Origin: Patescibacteria group bacterium
Lineage (GTDB): Bacteria > Patescibacteriota > Microgenomatia > UBA8517
DNA: 64,000 bases
Reading direction: 5' to 3'
Assembly: GCA_041742135.1 (NCBI GenBank)
Contig: JBGSJG010000004.1
Span: 235,773-299,772 of the forward strand
The notes beneath the pieces are model-generated. The model worked only from the letters and a program-made list of their open reading frames with translations, was not told the DNA's origin and ran no database searches. Both the position numbers and the translations under genes were made by a program. Position 1 is the stretch's first letter. Every line of letters starts with the position of its first letter. Of this stretch, positions 54,198 through 63,642 are shown piece after piece.

Positions 54198-54998
54198 ATG
54201 GCTACAATCTTTGATGGTCGAGCTTTTGCGAGGGCTCGTGAAGACGCGCTTTATCATAAAATCGCGCATAGTGGCAAAATGCCTATTATGGCCACAATTT
54301 TGGTTGGACAGGATCCAGCAAGCAAGCTCTATGTGGGACTAAAACAAAAAGCTGCTGCGAGGGTTGGCGCTCAAATGGACATCTATGAATATCCCGAGGC
54401 TATTTCTAAAGAAGAGTTAGAAAGAAAAATCGAGGACTTGGCGGCGGATGCAACTCTTCACGGCATAATGATTCAGTTGCCACTTCCCAAAAGTCTTCGA
54501 GTTTTTACGAGCGAAATTATAAATAAAATTCCAAAACATTTGGACGTTGATGGCCTGCGTGAGGATTCTCCGTTTGTTCCGGCTACCGCCCGCGCGGTGA
54601 TGTCAATTTTAGAAGAAGCCGGGAAGAGGCGAAAGATTTCAAAAGATTCTTATTTTGTTGTTGTCGGGGCAAGGGGTGTCATTGGGTCTCAGATTGTAAA
54701 GGTGCTAAGCGACTCGGGCTATGAAGTGGGTGAAGTAATTCACAAGATGACTCCTGATGTGTTTATCAAAGAAACTCAGGCTGCAGATGTTTTAATAAGC
54801 GCCACAGGTAGGCCGGGAATAATTCGCGGGCAGCACATCAAAAAAGGCGCAATAGTAATAGATGTTGGCTCGCCTCGTGGAGATGTTGATTTTGATGAAG
54901 TCGTAAAGTTAGCTTCATTTATTACTCCCGTTCCCGGAGGCGTTGGCCCAGTGACTGTGGTGAGTTTACTGGAGAATCTTGTTGAGAGTTCTTCTTAG
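54198..54998 (+). CDS. folD: Methylenetetrahydrofolate dehydrogenase/cyclohydrolase
   Basis: VG.DPAS..YV..K, GI..QLPLP, DVDGL, VIDVG, TPVPGGVGP.TV. Confidence 0.93.
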   Translation: MATIFDGRAFARAREDALYHKIAHSGKMPIMATILVGQDPASKLYVGLKQKAAARVGAQMDIYEYPEAISKEELERKIEDLAADATLHGIMIQLPLPKSLRVFTSEIINKIPKHLDVDGLREDSPFVPATARAVMSILEEAGKRRKISKDSYFVVVGARGVIGSQIVKVLSDSGYEVGEVIHKMTPDVFIKETQAADVLISATGRPGIIRGQHIKKGAIVIDVGSPRGDVDFDEVVKLASFITPVPGGVGPVTVVSLLENLVESSS

Positions 54999-55088
54999 TG
55001 TTCAAATTTGCTTTATATATCTGAATTCAGACGCTAAGAAAGCACAGTATTTGATTATCGGAAATGAACCGTCTATAATCCCGAGACC

Positions 55089-55829
55089 ATGGGAAAAGAC
55101 GTGTTAAGAAACGCGGGGATAGCTGCGCTGGCGCTCGGAGCCGGAGCCACGGAGGTCGTATCTCAAGATGTTCCAGGATGTTTGGTTCAGAGTGGAAGTA
55201 CTACAATTGAAGTCCCCGAGAGCTGCTTTGGAAATATGGTGGAAGTGGGGATCGCAACCAACAGGTATGGTCAGGATTTAGAAAATGCAGTATCAATTTT
55301 GGTTGACCACAATCGTGAAAGTGGCATAAACGATTTTTCGCTTTCTGTTCAAAGAAACACCGGAAATTTCGCGCTGGTTACTCGCGATGAGTCACAAGCT
55401 AGTGATGTGCAAGTGGGTATTTATGACTCTCATGAAAGTTCATACGATATATACACTGTTGATTTAAGTGAGGCTGTGGAGGCCAATGTAACGGAGGTTG
55501 AATCGGCTCGTGGGTTTGTGTGGGGAGCCAACGAACAAATCTTCGCATTTACTTACGTCTTTCGCACCCCAGAGGGACACGCCAAGTCTGGAGCTGCCGC
55601 TGTGATGCTGGGTGAGCAGTATGTAACGACCGTTCGATTCAATATACCCGATGGTAATTATGTCGCGAGGATTGATACTATCCCAGAACAAGTTGAGGGC
55701 CAAGACATTAACACTTTTTACCTCACAATTCAGGAGCCTAATGGTGACACTTTTGTCTCAGTCCAACGTTTTGCATTTGGCGAGCGTCCACTAGAAGATC
55801 CAGCTCCGCTTGAAGGAGCACGCGCTTAG
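55089..55829 (+). CDS. Hypothetical secreted acidic protein
   Basis: N-terminal hydrophobic segment; beta-rich acidic body. Confidence 0.6.
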   Translation: MGKDVLRNAGIAALALGAGATEVVSQDVPGCLVQSGSTTIEVPESCFGNMVEVGIATNRYGQDLENAVSILVDHNRESGINDFSLSVQRNTGNFALVTRDESQASDVQVGIYDSHESSYDIYTVDLSEAVEANVTEVESARGFVWGANEQIFAFTYVFRTPEGHAKSGAAAVMLGEQYVTTVRFNIPDGNYVARIDTIPEQVEGQDINTFYLTIQEPNGDTFVSVQRFAFGERPLEDPAPLEGARA

Positions 55830-55830
55830 T

Positions 55831-56046
55831 ATGAATCAAGAAAGAAAAGGTGTTATAGGTGTTATTTGCCCTAAAACTAAGGATCATCGGTGCAAAAACC
55901 AATCCGCATGCATCTTGATTGGTCCGTGCCTAAAAGATCTGACTTTGTTTCAAAGAACAAGGCAACCTCAGGCCGTCGAGGACCCGTGCGCGGAAACTTC
56001 ACTTAAAATATTATCTGTGGATTTTGAGGGTTGGAATAAAGATTGA
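55831..56046 (+). CDS. Small Cys-rich hypothetical protein
   Basis: CP......C.....C.....C; ATG 1 bp after the previous stop. Confidence 0.4.
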   Translation: MNQERKGVIGVICPKTKDHRCKNQSACILIGPCLKDLTLFQRTRQPQAVEDPCAETSLKILSVDFEGWNKD

Positions 56047-56071
56047 AATTTGAGTTGGTAGGCCTTATAAT
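56043..56071 (+). promoter_or_regulatory. Sigma70 promoter of rpsB-tsf
   Basis: TTGAAA-17 bp-TATAAT. Confidence 0.75.
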
Positions 56072-56077
56072 AGCTCA

Positions 56078-56140
56078 TCACACATTTGTCAGGTTCTCCC
56101 TGCTAACTTCTGACAAATGGCGGAACAAGGGAGACACTAA
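56078..56140 (+). promoter_or_regulatory. rpsB 5' leader, pseudoknot (probable S2 autoregulatory element)
   Basis: Stem CATTTGTCAG/CTGACAAATG; loop TCTCCCT pairs with AGGGAGA upstream of the ATG. Confidence 0.65.
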
Positions 56141-56145
56141 ATATA

Positions 56146-56913
56146 ATGGTTAACGTTGATCTAGAAAAACTACTCGAAGCTGGTGCTCATTTTGGCCATC
56201 AAACAAAAAGATGGAATCCAAAGATGAGCGAATTTATCTATGGCGTCAAAGACGGTGTAAGTATTTTTGATTTAATTAAAACCAAAGCATATCTCGAGGA
56301 AGCTTTGAAAGTGCTGTCCGAGGCCGCAGCCAACAAAAAGTTGATTTTGTTTTTGGGAACCAAGCGCCAAGTTCAAGACAAGCTTATCGAAGTTGCTTCC
56401 GCGGTTGGTGCTCCTTATGTCTCTATGCGTTGGCTTGGGGGAACTCTTACCAACTTTGATCAAATCAAAAAATCAGTCAGAAATTTAAACGAATCCAAAA
56501 GAGCCCGTGAAGCTGGTGAATATCGAGAATATACCAAGAAAGAAAGACTTCTTATTGACCGCGATATCGACAAACTTGAGCAAACGGTTGGAGGATTAAA
56601 TAATTTGGATCGCATTCCCGATCTTATGTTTATTATTGATACCCACAAAGAGCAAAGCGCCGTGGCTGAAGCTAAGAGAATGGGCGTGACCATCATGGGT
56701 GTGGTTGACTCAAATGCAGACCCAAGCGATATCGATTATCCAATTCCAATGAACGATGACGCTGCGGCATCGCTGGAATATTTACTGGATCTGGTGCATG
56801 AGGCAATGACTCAAAAACCCGAAGTTGATAAGAAGGCTAAAGTAGAAAAGAAAGCAAAAGTCGAAAAAAAAGTTAAAAAAGAAGCAGCACCTAAAAAGGC
56901 AAAGAAAAAATAA
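56146..56913 (+). CDS. rpsB: 30S ribosomal protein S2
   Basis: [10 protein letters not shown]...WNPKM, RWLGG.LTN, D.N.DP, P.NDD. Confidence 0.98.
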   Translation: MVNVDLEKLLEAGAHFGHQTKRWNPKMSEFIYGVKDGVSIFDLIKTKAYLEEALKVLSEAAANKKLILFLGTKRQVQDKLIEVASAVGAPYVSMRWLGGTLTNFDQIKKSVRNLNESKRAREAGEYREYTKKERLLIDRDIDKLEQTVGGLNNLDRIPDLMFIIDTHKEQSAVAEAKRMGVTIMGVVDSNADPSDIDYPIPMNDDAAASLEYLLDLVHEAMTQKPEVDKKAKVEKKAKVEKKVKKEAAPKKAKKK

Positions 56914-56914
56914 T

Positions 56915-57376
56915 ATGGCCAAAGTTACAGCACAATTAATTCGTGAAGTTAAAGATGAAACGGGAGCTCCTATGCTTCGTGCCAAAAAAGTTCTGGATGA
57001 GTTTAATGGAGACCGAGATAAAGCTATTGAGGTTCTTAAAAAAGAAGGTTTTGAGAAAATGGCTAAAAGAGCCGATCGCGAAACGGCAAATGGTATTGTA
57101 GTAACTTACGCTCATCACACAGGGAAAGTCGGAAGCTTGGTTGAGCTTTTGTGCGAGACTGATTTCGTGGCTAGAAACGAGCTTTTTGTCGAGCTGGCCA
57201 AAAGCATTGCAATGCAAGTGGCTTCAATGAACCCAACTGATGCCGAAGAACTTTTGGCACAGGAATTTATCAAAGAACCAAGCAAAACAATTAAAGACTT
57301 GATCGCCGAGGTTACTTCTAAAACCGGCGAGAATATCCGCCTTGGCAAATTCAGCCGTCTTGAAGTAGGTAAATGA
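56915..57376 (+). CDS. tsf: Elongation factor Ts (short form)
   Basis: TGA.M...KK.L, ELLCETDFVARN, GENI. Confidence 0.96.
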   Translation: MAKVTAQLIREVKDETGAPMLRAKKVLDEFNGDRDKAIEVLKKEGFEKMAKRADRETANGIVVTYAHHTGKVGSLVELLCETDFVARNELFVELAKSIAMQVASMNPTDAEELLAQEFIKEPSKTIKDLIAEVTSKTGENIRLGKFSRLEVGK

Positions 57377-57381
57377 CATTT

Positions 57382-57407
57382 GTCATCCTGAGCGAAGTCG
57401 AAGGATC
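57382..57407. repeat. REP-like palindromic element
   Basis: GTCATCCTGAGCGAAGTCGAAGGATC between tsf and frr; related sequence at 54109-54132. Confidence 0.65.
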
Positions 57408-57424
57408 TTTGATATAATAACTTC

Positions 57425-57976
57425 ATGGACGAGCGCGTCAGAACCCAAATGGACGAAGTGCTTCGAGTACTTGCGACTGGTTTGGCACAAATTAGAACAG
57501 GCCGAGCCATGCCTTCTTTGGTCGAGAATATTATTGTCTCAGCTTATGGTGGAGCCCAACGCCTTAAAGTTTTGGAGCTGGCTACAATATCAGCACCAGA
57601 TACACAAACACTTACAATCGACCCTTGGGACAAAAGCGTGATTGGTGAAATCAAAAAAGCAATTGAGGCAGCCAACGTGGGAATGAACCCCAATATCGAC
57701 GGCGAAATTATCCGAATTACGATGCCCCCAATGACTGCAGAAGACCGCGAAAAATACGTGAAGCTTTTGGGTACCAAACTTGAAGCCGCGAAAGTGTCTG
57801 TGAGGCAGGTTCGAGGAGATGCCATGAAGGAGATTAAAACTCGCTTTGAGGACAAAGTAATTACTGAAGATGAAAAGTTCAGTGAAGAAAAACGCCTTCA
57901 AGAGTTGACTGATGAATATATCGTAAAAATTGACGAGCGCGGAAAAATTAAAGAAACTGAACTTAGAACTCTCTAG
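57425..57976 (+). CDS. frr: Ribosome recycling factor
   Basis: IRTGRA, I.PWD, G.NP..DG..IR...P..T.E.R. Confidence 0.96.
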   Translation: MDERVRTQMDEVLRVLATGLAQIRTGRAMPSLVENIIVSAYGGAQRLKVLELATISAPDTQTLTIDPWDKSVIGEIKKAIEAANVGMNPNIDGEIIRITMPPMTAEDREKYVKLLGTKLEAAKVSVRQVRGDAMKEIKTRFEDKVITEDEKFSEEKRLQELTDEYIVKIDERGKIKETELRTL

Positions 57977-59086
57977 ATGCATCCAATAATTCTTATTATC
58001 CTTGCTGTTTTAGTGCTGTCACTTTTGGTGGTGGTTCACGAGTTCGGCCACTACATGGCCGCGCGCATAATTGGCGTGTGGGTTGAAGAATTCGGAGTTG
58101 GCCTTCCTCCTCGTGCTTGGGGCAAAAAGATAGGCGAGACTATTTATTCAATCAACTGGCTTCCGTTGGGTGGATTTGTACGTCTTCATGGGGAAACTCC
58201 CGATTCAAAGATTAGTATTCCCAAGCGCGCTTTTGTAAACCAGAGTAAGTTAAAGCGGGCCTTTGTTGCTATGGCCGGGATATTCATGAACTTTTGGTTT
58301 GCATGGGTTTGTTTTAGCTTGATGTTTGTTCTTTCTGGTATTCCACGAGGAATTTCAGTTGTGGAAGTGGAAGAAGGCTCTCCGGCTGAGCTGTCAGGAG
58401 TAATGGCAGGAGATGTGATTAATTCAATGAATAACTTGGAGATTGTGGGAACAGAAGAGTTTTTACTTGGGATTAGAAAAAATTTGGGCCAAGAGGTGAC
58501 GTTCGGAGCGACACGGGATGGAGCGGAATTGTCGTATAACATTAACGTTCGAAGTGAGGTCGCCGAGGGGCAGGGCTTTACTGGTATTACTTATGACATA
58601 AGGCCTGCTGCAATTGAACGGCCGGGAATGATCATCGCTCCCGTAAAGTATGCATATTACGGAGGCCGTGAGACAGTTAAGTGGACCAAGTTTACTGTTG
58701 AGGCATTGGGAACACTGTTTAGCTCTCTTGGGAAGGGCCAAGTGCCAGAAGGCTTGACTGGGCCTTTTGGAGTAACTCTTACAATAGCTGAAGTTATTAA
58801 ATACGGCATTGTCGCGGTCTTAAGCTTCGCAGGCATAATTTCTGTTAATTTGGCTTTGGTAAATGTGATCCCGTTTCCTCCGCTTGATGGCTCACGAGTA
58901 TTATTTTTGGGCATTGAAAGCCTCATCGGAAAAAAGAAACTCGAAAAAATTGAGCCCAAAATCCTAACTGGTGGAATGGTCTTCTTGCTTATTTTGATTG
59001 GACTGCTTACACTATCGGAAATTCCTAAATTAATCCAAGCCGGGTCAATTTCAGGATTTGTAGATTCGCTTCTGCCACAGGAATAA
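57977..59086 (+). CDS. rseP: RIP metalloprotease RseP (PDZ-containing)
   Basis: HEFGH, V.EFG.G, PLGGFV, SPA..G...GD, N..P.PPLDG. Confidence 0.92.
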   Translation: MHPIILIILAVLVLSLLVVVHEFGHYMAARIIGVWVEEFGVGLPPRAWGKKIGETIYSINWLPLGGFVRLHGETPDSKISIPKRAFVNQSKLKRAFVAMAGIFMNFWFAWVCFSLMFVLSGIPRGISVVEVEEGSPAELSGVMAGDVINSMNNLEIVGTEEFLLGIRKNLGQEVTFGATRDGAELSYNINVRSEVAEGQGFTGITYDIRPAAIERPGMIIAPVKYAYYGGRETVKWTKFTVEALGTLFSSLGKGQVPEGLTGPFGVTLTIAEVIKYGIVAVLSFAGIISVNLALVNVIPFPPLDGSRVLFLGIESLIGKKKLEKIEPKILTGGMVFLLILIGLLTLSEIPKLIQAGSISGFVDSLLPQE

Positions 59087-59091
59087 TTGTT

Positions 59092-59577
59092 ATGAGAATC
59101 GAAGCCATTGATCAAGGATTTAATTTAAGGCTGTTGCCCCAACAATTGGGTGATCCAGAAGTGGTGGCTGCTAATGTTGCCATTCGAAGGGATTTGAGAA
59201 CTAAGATGAGCGCCTTACACGATGCTGCCATACGTAGAGAGTCAGATAAGGCACACCTTCAAGCATTTCTTGCGAGAGCCGAGTCGCTTGGTCTGCCCAG
59301 TGAAATTAACCCAGAACTTCTATATGCAATGAACTTTGCCTATGCAACCGCAGTTTACGCTGTGGAGTCACTATTGGCAGAGACGCGCAAAGCTCGCAGC
59401 AATGATTATGAATACCAAATTCATCGAGATATGGCCGATAGAGCACGCCTAAATTTCCAAGAATACCATGATAATAGTACACTTTCTGAGGAGCGAAGGG
59501 CTGAGCTTGCTGCGATTGTAAATGATCACGATTTTGCCGTGACAGTGATACAGGTGTTTGAAGAACGTCGTGGCTAA
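59092..59577 (+). CDS. Hypothetical helical protein (orphan)
   Basis: 161 aa ORF starting 5 bp after rseP. Confidence 0.6.
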   Translation: MRIEAIDQGFNLRLLPQQLGDPEVVAANVAIRRDLRTKMSALHDAAIRRESDKAHLQAFLARAESLGLPSEINPELLYAMNFAYATAVYAVESLLAETRKARSNDYEYQIHRDMADRARLNFQEYHDNSTLSEERRAELAAIVNDHDFAVTVIQVFEERRG

Positions 59578-60256
59578 TACAGAACTTGATTCAATTCAGA
59601 GGATGGCGGTTGATTATGCCCATGACTCGATTTCGACTGGCTATGGGAATCTTTCGACTATTCGTCCTCCAGATAGAGATAAGCATCCGGGTGCAATAAT
59701 CTCCGACATGCTTCCGCACGATGGAATTACAACACCTTTTGAGTTCAAGAGGCTGGCAGTTTGGCATGCACACTTATTGCGCGTATCCTCATATGCAGTT
59801 GGGATTCAAAGTGATTTTGTAGATAGCCGCGCTGAGGGTGATTATTCTGATTTTTTGAATGAAGCACCGGCAGATTTCCGAGCACTCTGTAAGTCTCCGG
59901 CCGGGCAAACATATGCTTTTAGTTACGTAAGGTTCGTTTCCAGTAAAACATATTATGAAACTTTAGCGAATTACGCGAAATATGCGCGATTTACACTTGA
60001 CTGGAAGGGGATTGATAAAGGAATCGCGATTGGTAAATACGTTGATCTTTTGGCAAGTGAGTTTTTGAGTTTTGAGGAAAGATTGTTAAGCACTGATAGT
60101 TTGGACGTATTTCTAATGTCGAGGATTAAAGAGGCTGCCGATGCAGCCATTGCAGGTTTTGTTCGCCAGGACCTCTTACTTAGCGAGGAAGAATTTGGAC
60201 TTAAGTATGCATATTTGGCGAGAACAAGTGGTGATGTGGGCGAAAACGATGGATGA
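59558..60256 (+). CDS. Hypothetical protein (orphan)
   Basis: About 230 aa ORF; start uncertain. Confidence 0.55.
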   Translation: MKNVVANTELDSIQRMAVDYAHDSISTGYGNLSTIRPPDRDKHPGAIISDMLPHDGITTPFEFKRLAVWHAHLLRVSSYAVGIQSDFVDSRAEGDYSDFLNEAPADFRALCKSPAGQTYAFSYVRFVSSKTYYETLANYAKYARFTLDWKGIDKGIAIGKYVDLLASEFLSFEERLLSTDSLDVFLMSRIKEAADAAIAGFVRQDLLLSEEEFGLKYAYLARTSGDVGENDG

Positions 60257-60294
60257 TTGCCGCGCGAGGCGTAAACTGCTAAAATTGCCTCAGC

Positions 60295-61527
60295 GTGAAA
60301 CAATCACAGCTTCTTATTAAAACCCTAAATCAGCCTCCCAAGGACGCGGAGACTGTGAATCATAAATTATTGGTTCAGGCGGGGTATGTGCGGCAAGTTA
60401 TGGCTGGGGTTTACACTTATTTACCTCTTGGCCTTCGGGTTCTTCGAAATATCTCAAATATTATTCGCGAGGAAATGGACGGACTGGGAAGCCAAGAAAT
60501 CCTCATGCCGCTTTTGCACCCTGCGGCGCTGTGGAAACAAACCGGCGGTTGGGACGGCATTGACGTGCTGTTTAAGATAAAAAGTAGGACAGACAAGGAC
60601 TATGCCCTTGCTCAAAGCAACGAAGAAACAGTAACTCCTTTGATCCGCGAGATGGTCAATAGCTACAAAGATTTGCCAATTTCGGTTTATCACATTAATG
60701 CAAAGTTTCGAGATGAACTTCGTGCCAAGTCTGGGATCTTGCGTGGCCGAGAGTTTTTAATGAAAGATTTGTACAGCTTTCATGCAACTCAGGAAGATTT
60801 TGATGATTATTACCAAAAGGTAAAACAGGCTTACATTAGAATTTTTAAGCGCTGTGGGTTAAGCGCAAAAGTAACTGAGGCTAGTGGGGGAAGCTTCAGT
60901 GAAAAAATATCTTACGAATTTGAAGTTTTGACTGATGCTGGGGAGGCCAATATTTTATACTGCGATGCTTGCGACTGGTGTGTGAATGTAGACGACATAG
61001 CCAAATACCACGAAGGTGAAGAGTGCCCCGCATGCCACAAATCAAAGCTCTTGGCTTCACTTGCCAGTGAGGTGGGAAATGTGTTTGATTTGGGCCAAAA
61101 ATATACCAAGGCATTTGACTTAACTTTCATTGATCAAGACGGGGAAAAGAAATTTCCAATCATGGGGTGCTATGGGATCGGCATATCCCGTACGATGGGA
61201 GTAATCGTTGAGAAATTCCACGATGAGCGTGGAATAATCTGGCCAACAGAATTGGCTCCTTTTGATGTTCATCTTATTGAACTGCCCGGTGCTAAAAATG
61301 CCGAAGAGGTTTACGAGAAGTTGACCAAGGCAGGAATTGAGGTCTTGTGGGATGAGCGTAACGCTCCTGCTGGAGCTAAGTTTGCCGATGCAGATTTGAT
61401 TGGCATTCCAGTGCGCTTGGTTATTTCTGAAAAAACTGGGAACAAGATTGAGTTTAAGAAAAGAGATAGCGAGAAAGCTGAACTTTTGGATTTTGATGAG
61501 GTTCTTGGGAAAATAAATAATGAGTGA
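60295..61527 (+). CDS. proS: Proline--tRNA ligase (short, without editing insertion)
   Basis: G.Y.YLPLG, KFRDE.R...G.LRGREF.MKD.YSF, EVG..F.LG.KY, MGCYGIG.SR, DADLIG.P. Confidence 0.96.
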   Translation: MKQSQLLIKTLNQPPKDAETVNHKLLVQAGYVRQVMAGVYTYLPLGLRVLRNISNIIREEMDGLGSQEILMPLLHPAALWKQTGGWDGIDVLFKIKSRTDKDYALAQSNEETVTPLIREMVNSYKDLPISVYHINAKFRDELRAKSGILRGREFLMKDLYSFHATQEDFDDYYQKVKQAYIRIFKRCGLSAKVTEASGGSFSEKISYEFEVLTDAGEANILYCDACDWCVNVDDIAKYHEGEECPACHKSKLLASLASEVGNVFDLGQKYTKAFDLTFIDQDGEKKFPIMGCYGIGISRTMGVIVEKFHDERGIIWPTELAPFDVHLIELPGAKNAEEVYEKLTKAGIEVLWDERNAPAGAKFADADLIGIPVRLVISEKTGNKIEFKKRDSEKAELLDFDEVLGKINNE

Positions 61528-61831
61528 ACCCGGAGACTGGAACGAACCAAGAGGCCGTGTTGAAGCACCAATTGATGTTAGATTCGTAGGTGATCCCGGT
61601 AAACCTAAAGGGCTGAGCGCACAATCCGTTGATTTGTCTACCCAAACGGTACCAGCTGTGCCAAAAGAAGAACACAGCGAGAGGGCCGGAGACCCCAATT
61701 TTGAAGTATCTGAGAACCCACTAATAAGTGTACCGATGGTGCCACAAACCGGCAGAGCACCTGCCCGGCATGCAACCCAAGGAGACATTGACTTTACACA
61801 TCCAGACTACCGTGACGAGGGCGGTTTTTGA
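61520..61831 (+). CDS. Small acidic Pro-rich hypothetical protein
   Basis: Overlaps the proS stop; low-complexity composition. Confidence 0.55.
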   Translation: MSEPGDWNEPRGRVEAPIDVRFVGDPGKPKGLSAQSVDLSTQTVPAVPKEEHSERAGDPNFEVSENPLISVPMVPQTGRAPARHATQGDIDFTHPDYRDEGGF

Positions 61832-61855
61832 GCAATTCTGCTACAATATACTTCG

Positions 61856-62845
61856 ATGCACTCCAAAAGAGTTGTAGTCATAGGAGGGGGAACAGGAACA
61901 TATACTGTTTTAAGTGGGCTTAAGAAATACCCTCTGGATTTGTCTGTAATTGTCTCCATGATGGACTCAGGTGGCAGTAATCGCGTGCTTCGTGATGAAT
62001 TTGGAATACTTCCCACCTCGGATTTGCGGCAGTGCATAGTTGCCTTGGCAGGCAAAAACGCTAACGGCATAATCCGTAATTTGTTCACATATCGCTATAC
62101 CAAAGGTGTTGGGATTGAAGGCATGACTTTTGGCAACCTTTTCATGGCAGCTTTGGCGGATATTTATGGAAGCCAAGAGCGGGCTATTGAAAAAACGTGC
62201 GAGCTTTTGGAAGTCACTGGCAAAATTATCCCAGTCACTTTTGACGATGCGCATTTGATTGCAACTTACGACAACGGAACACGAGTCCTCGGTGAGCATT
62301 ATATTGACGAGCCTGATGATAAAAATGCCAAAAGGCGGATAGTTGAGCTTTCTATTATTCCTGACGCAAGAGCCACCAAAAGTGCCGTGAATGCGATATC
62401 GTCAGCTGATTTAATCGTGATTGGTCCGGGGGATTTATACACAAGCGTCATTTGTAATTTTGTGGTGAGCGGCATAGCTCACGCTATTAAAAAATCAAAG
62501 GCCAAGAAAGTCTATGTTATGAACCTTATGACTAAAACTGGCCAAACATACGGCTTTTCTGCGAACGATCATATCCGTGAAATTGAAAAATATATTGGTG
62601 AGGGCGTCTTGGATTATGTGATCGTTGATAGTACTAACAAACTGCCTAGCGGAACTTTAAAGAGATATAAAGAAGCCAAGACCTCAAGAGTTGTGGATGA
62701 CTTAGCAAATACAAAAATAAAAGTAATCAGAAAGAGTTTGTTATCCAAAAATGTTTACGAGAAGTCCAAAAGTGACAAACTGATTCGTAGCTTGATTCGT
62801 CACGATTCAAATAAACTCGCCCACGCGATTGTGGATTTACTTTAA
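61856..62845 (+). CDS. YvcK/GlmR (CofD-like) UDP-GlcNAc-binding protein
   Basis: VVIGGGTG, D.GGS...LR, G...GNL, GPG.LYTS, N.MT..G.T, RHD. Confidence 0.92.
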   Translation: MHSKRVVVIGGGTGTYTVLSGLKKYPLDLSVIVSMMDSGGSNRVLRDEFGILPTSDLRQCIVALAGKNANGIIRNLFTYRYTKGVGIEGMTFGNLFMAALADIYGSQERAIEKTCELLEVTGKIIPVTFDDAHLIATYDNGTRVLGEHYIDEPDDKNAKRRIVELSIIPDARATKSAVNAISSADLIVIGPGDLYTSVICNFVVSGIAHAIKKSKAKKVYVMNLMTKTGQTYGFSANDHIREIEKYIGEGVLDYVIVDSTNKLPSGTLKRYKEAKTSRVVDDLANTKIKVIRKSLLSKNVYEKSKSDKLIRSLIRHDSNKLAHAIVDLL

Positions 62846-62863
62846 ACTGACTATACTATGCCC

Positions 62864-63199
62864 ATGAGTGATTGTATTTTTTGCAAAATTGCCAAGAAAG
62901 AATCTCCGGCTTCAATAGAAGCTGAGACTGATAGTGTTATCGCTTTTGCAAATATTAATCCAGTTTCAGAGACGCATATATTAATAATTCCCAAAAAGCA
63001 CGTAGAAACCTTTTTGGATTTGGATGATTTGCTGCTTGAGATGAAAAGTGTAGCTGACGGATTAATCAAGTCTAACGGCATAGAAAGCGCATACAAACTA
63101 GTTTTTAATGGCGGGAAATATCAAGCAGTTCCTCATGCTCATTGGCATCTTTTAGGTGGAAAACTTGAAGATAACGAAGATGTATTAAACAAATTATGA
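62864..63199 (+). CDS. HIT family nucleotide hydrolase
   Basis: DCIFCKI, H.L.IPK.H, Q.V.HAHWH. Confidence 0.93.
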   Translation: MSDCIFCKIAKKESPASIEAETDSVIAFANINPVSETHILIIPKKHVETFLDLDDLLLEMKSVADGLIKSNGIESAYKLVFNGGKYQAVPHAHWHLLGGKLEDNEDVLNKL

Positions 63200-63642
63200 T
63201 ATCGACCAATATGTCGCAACTAATTGCCGAAGCCATGAAGGCGCGGGATGTGGTGCGTTTGTCTACGCTTCGCATGCTTTCTTCTGAATTTAACTATGCA
63301 AAAATTGAGAAGCAACACGACTTGACCGAAGAAGAGGAGATGGTGGTAATTCAGAAAGAAGCCAAAAAGCGTCGTGAATCAATCGAAGCTTATGGCAAGG
63401 CTGGAAGAGCTGACTTGGTCGACTCCGAGACTGCGGAGCTTAAAATATTAGAAGAATTTTTGCCAACGCAAATTAGTGATGAGGAATTGGAAAAAATTAT
63501 CGCTGATGCAATTACCCAAACTTCGGCTAACACCATGGCTGATATGGGCAAGGTAATTGGGATTGTGATGCAAAAAACGAAAGGGACCGCAGATGGCGGC
63601 AAAGTTGCTTCAAAGGTCCGGGAGAAACTCGGGAATGGTTAA
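63196..63642 (+). CDS. GatB/YqeY domain protein
   Basis: AMKA.D...L..LR, KKR.ESI..Y...GR.DL, DMGKV.G, ADG. Confidence 0.92.
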   Translation: MISTNMSQLIAEAMKARDVVRLSTLRMLSSEFNYAKIEKQHDLTEEEEMVVIQKEAKKRRESIEAYGKAGRADLVDSETAELKILEEFLPTQISDEELEKIIADAITQTSANTMADMGKVIGIVMQKTKGTADGGKVASKVREKLGNG

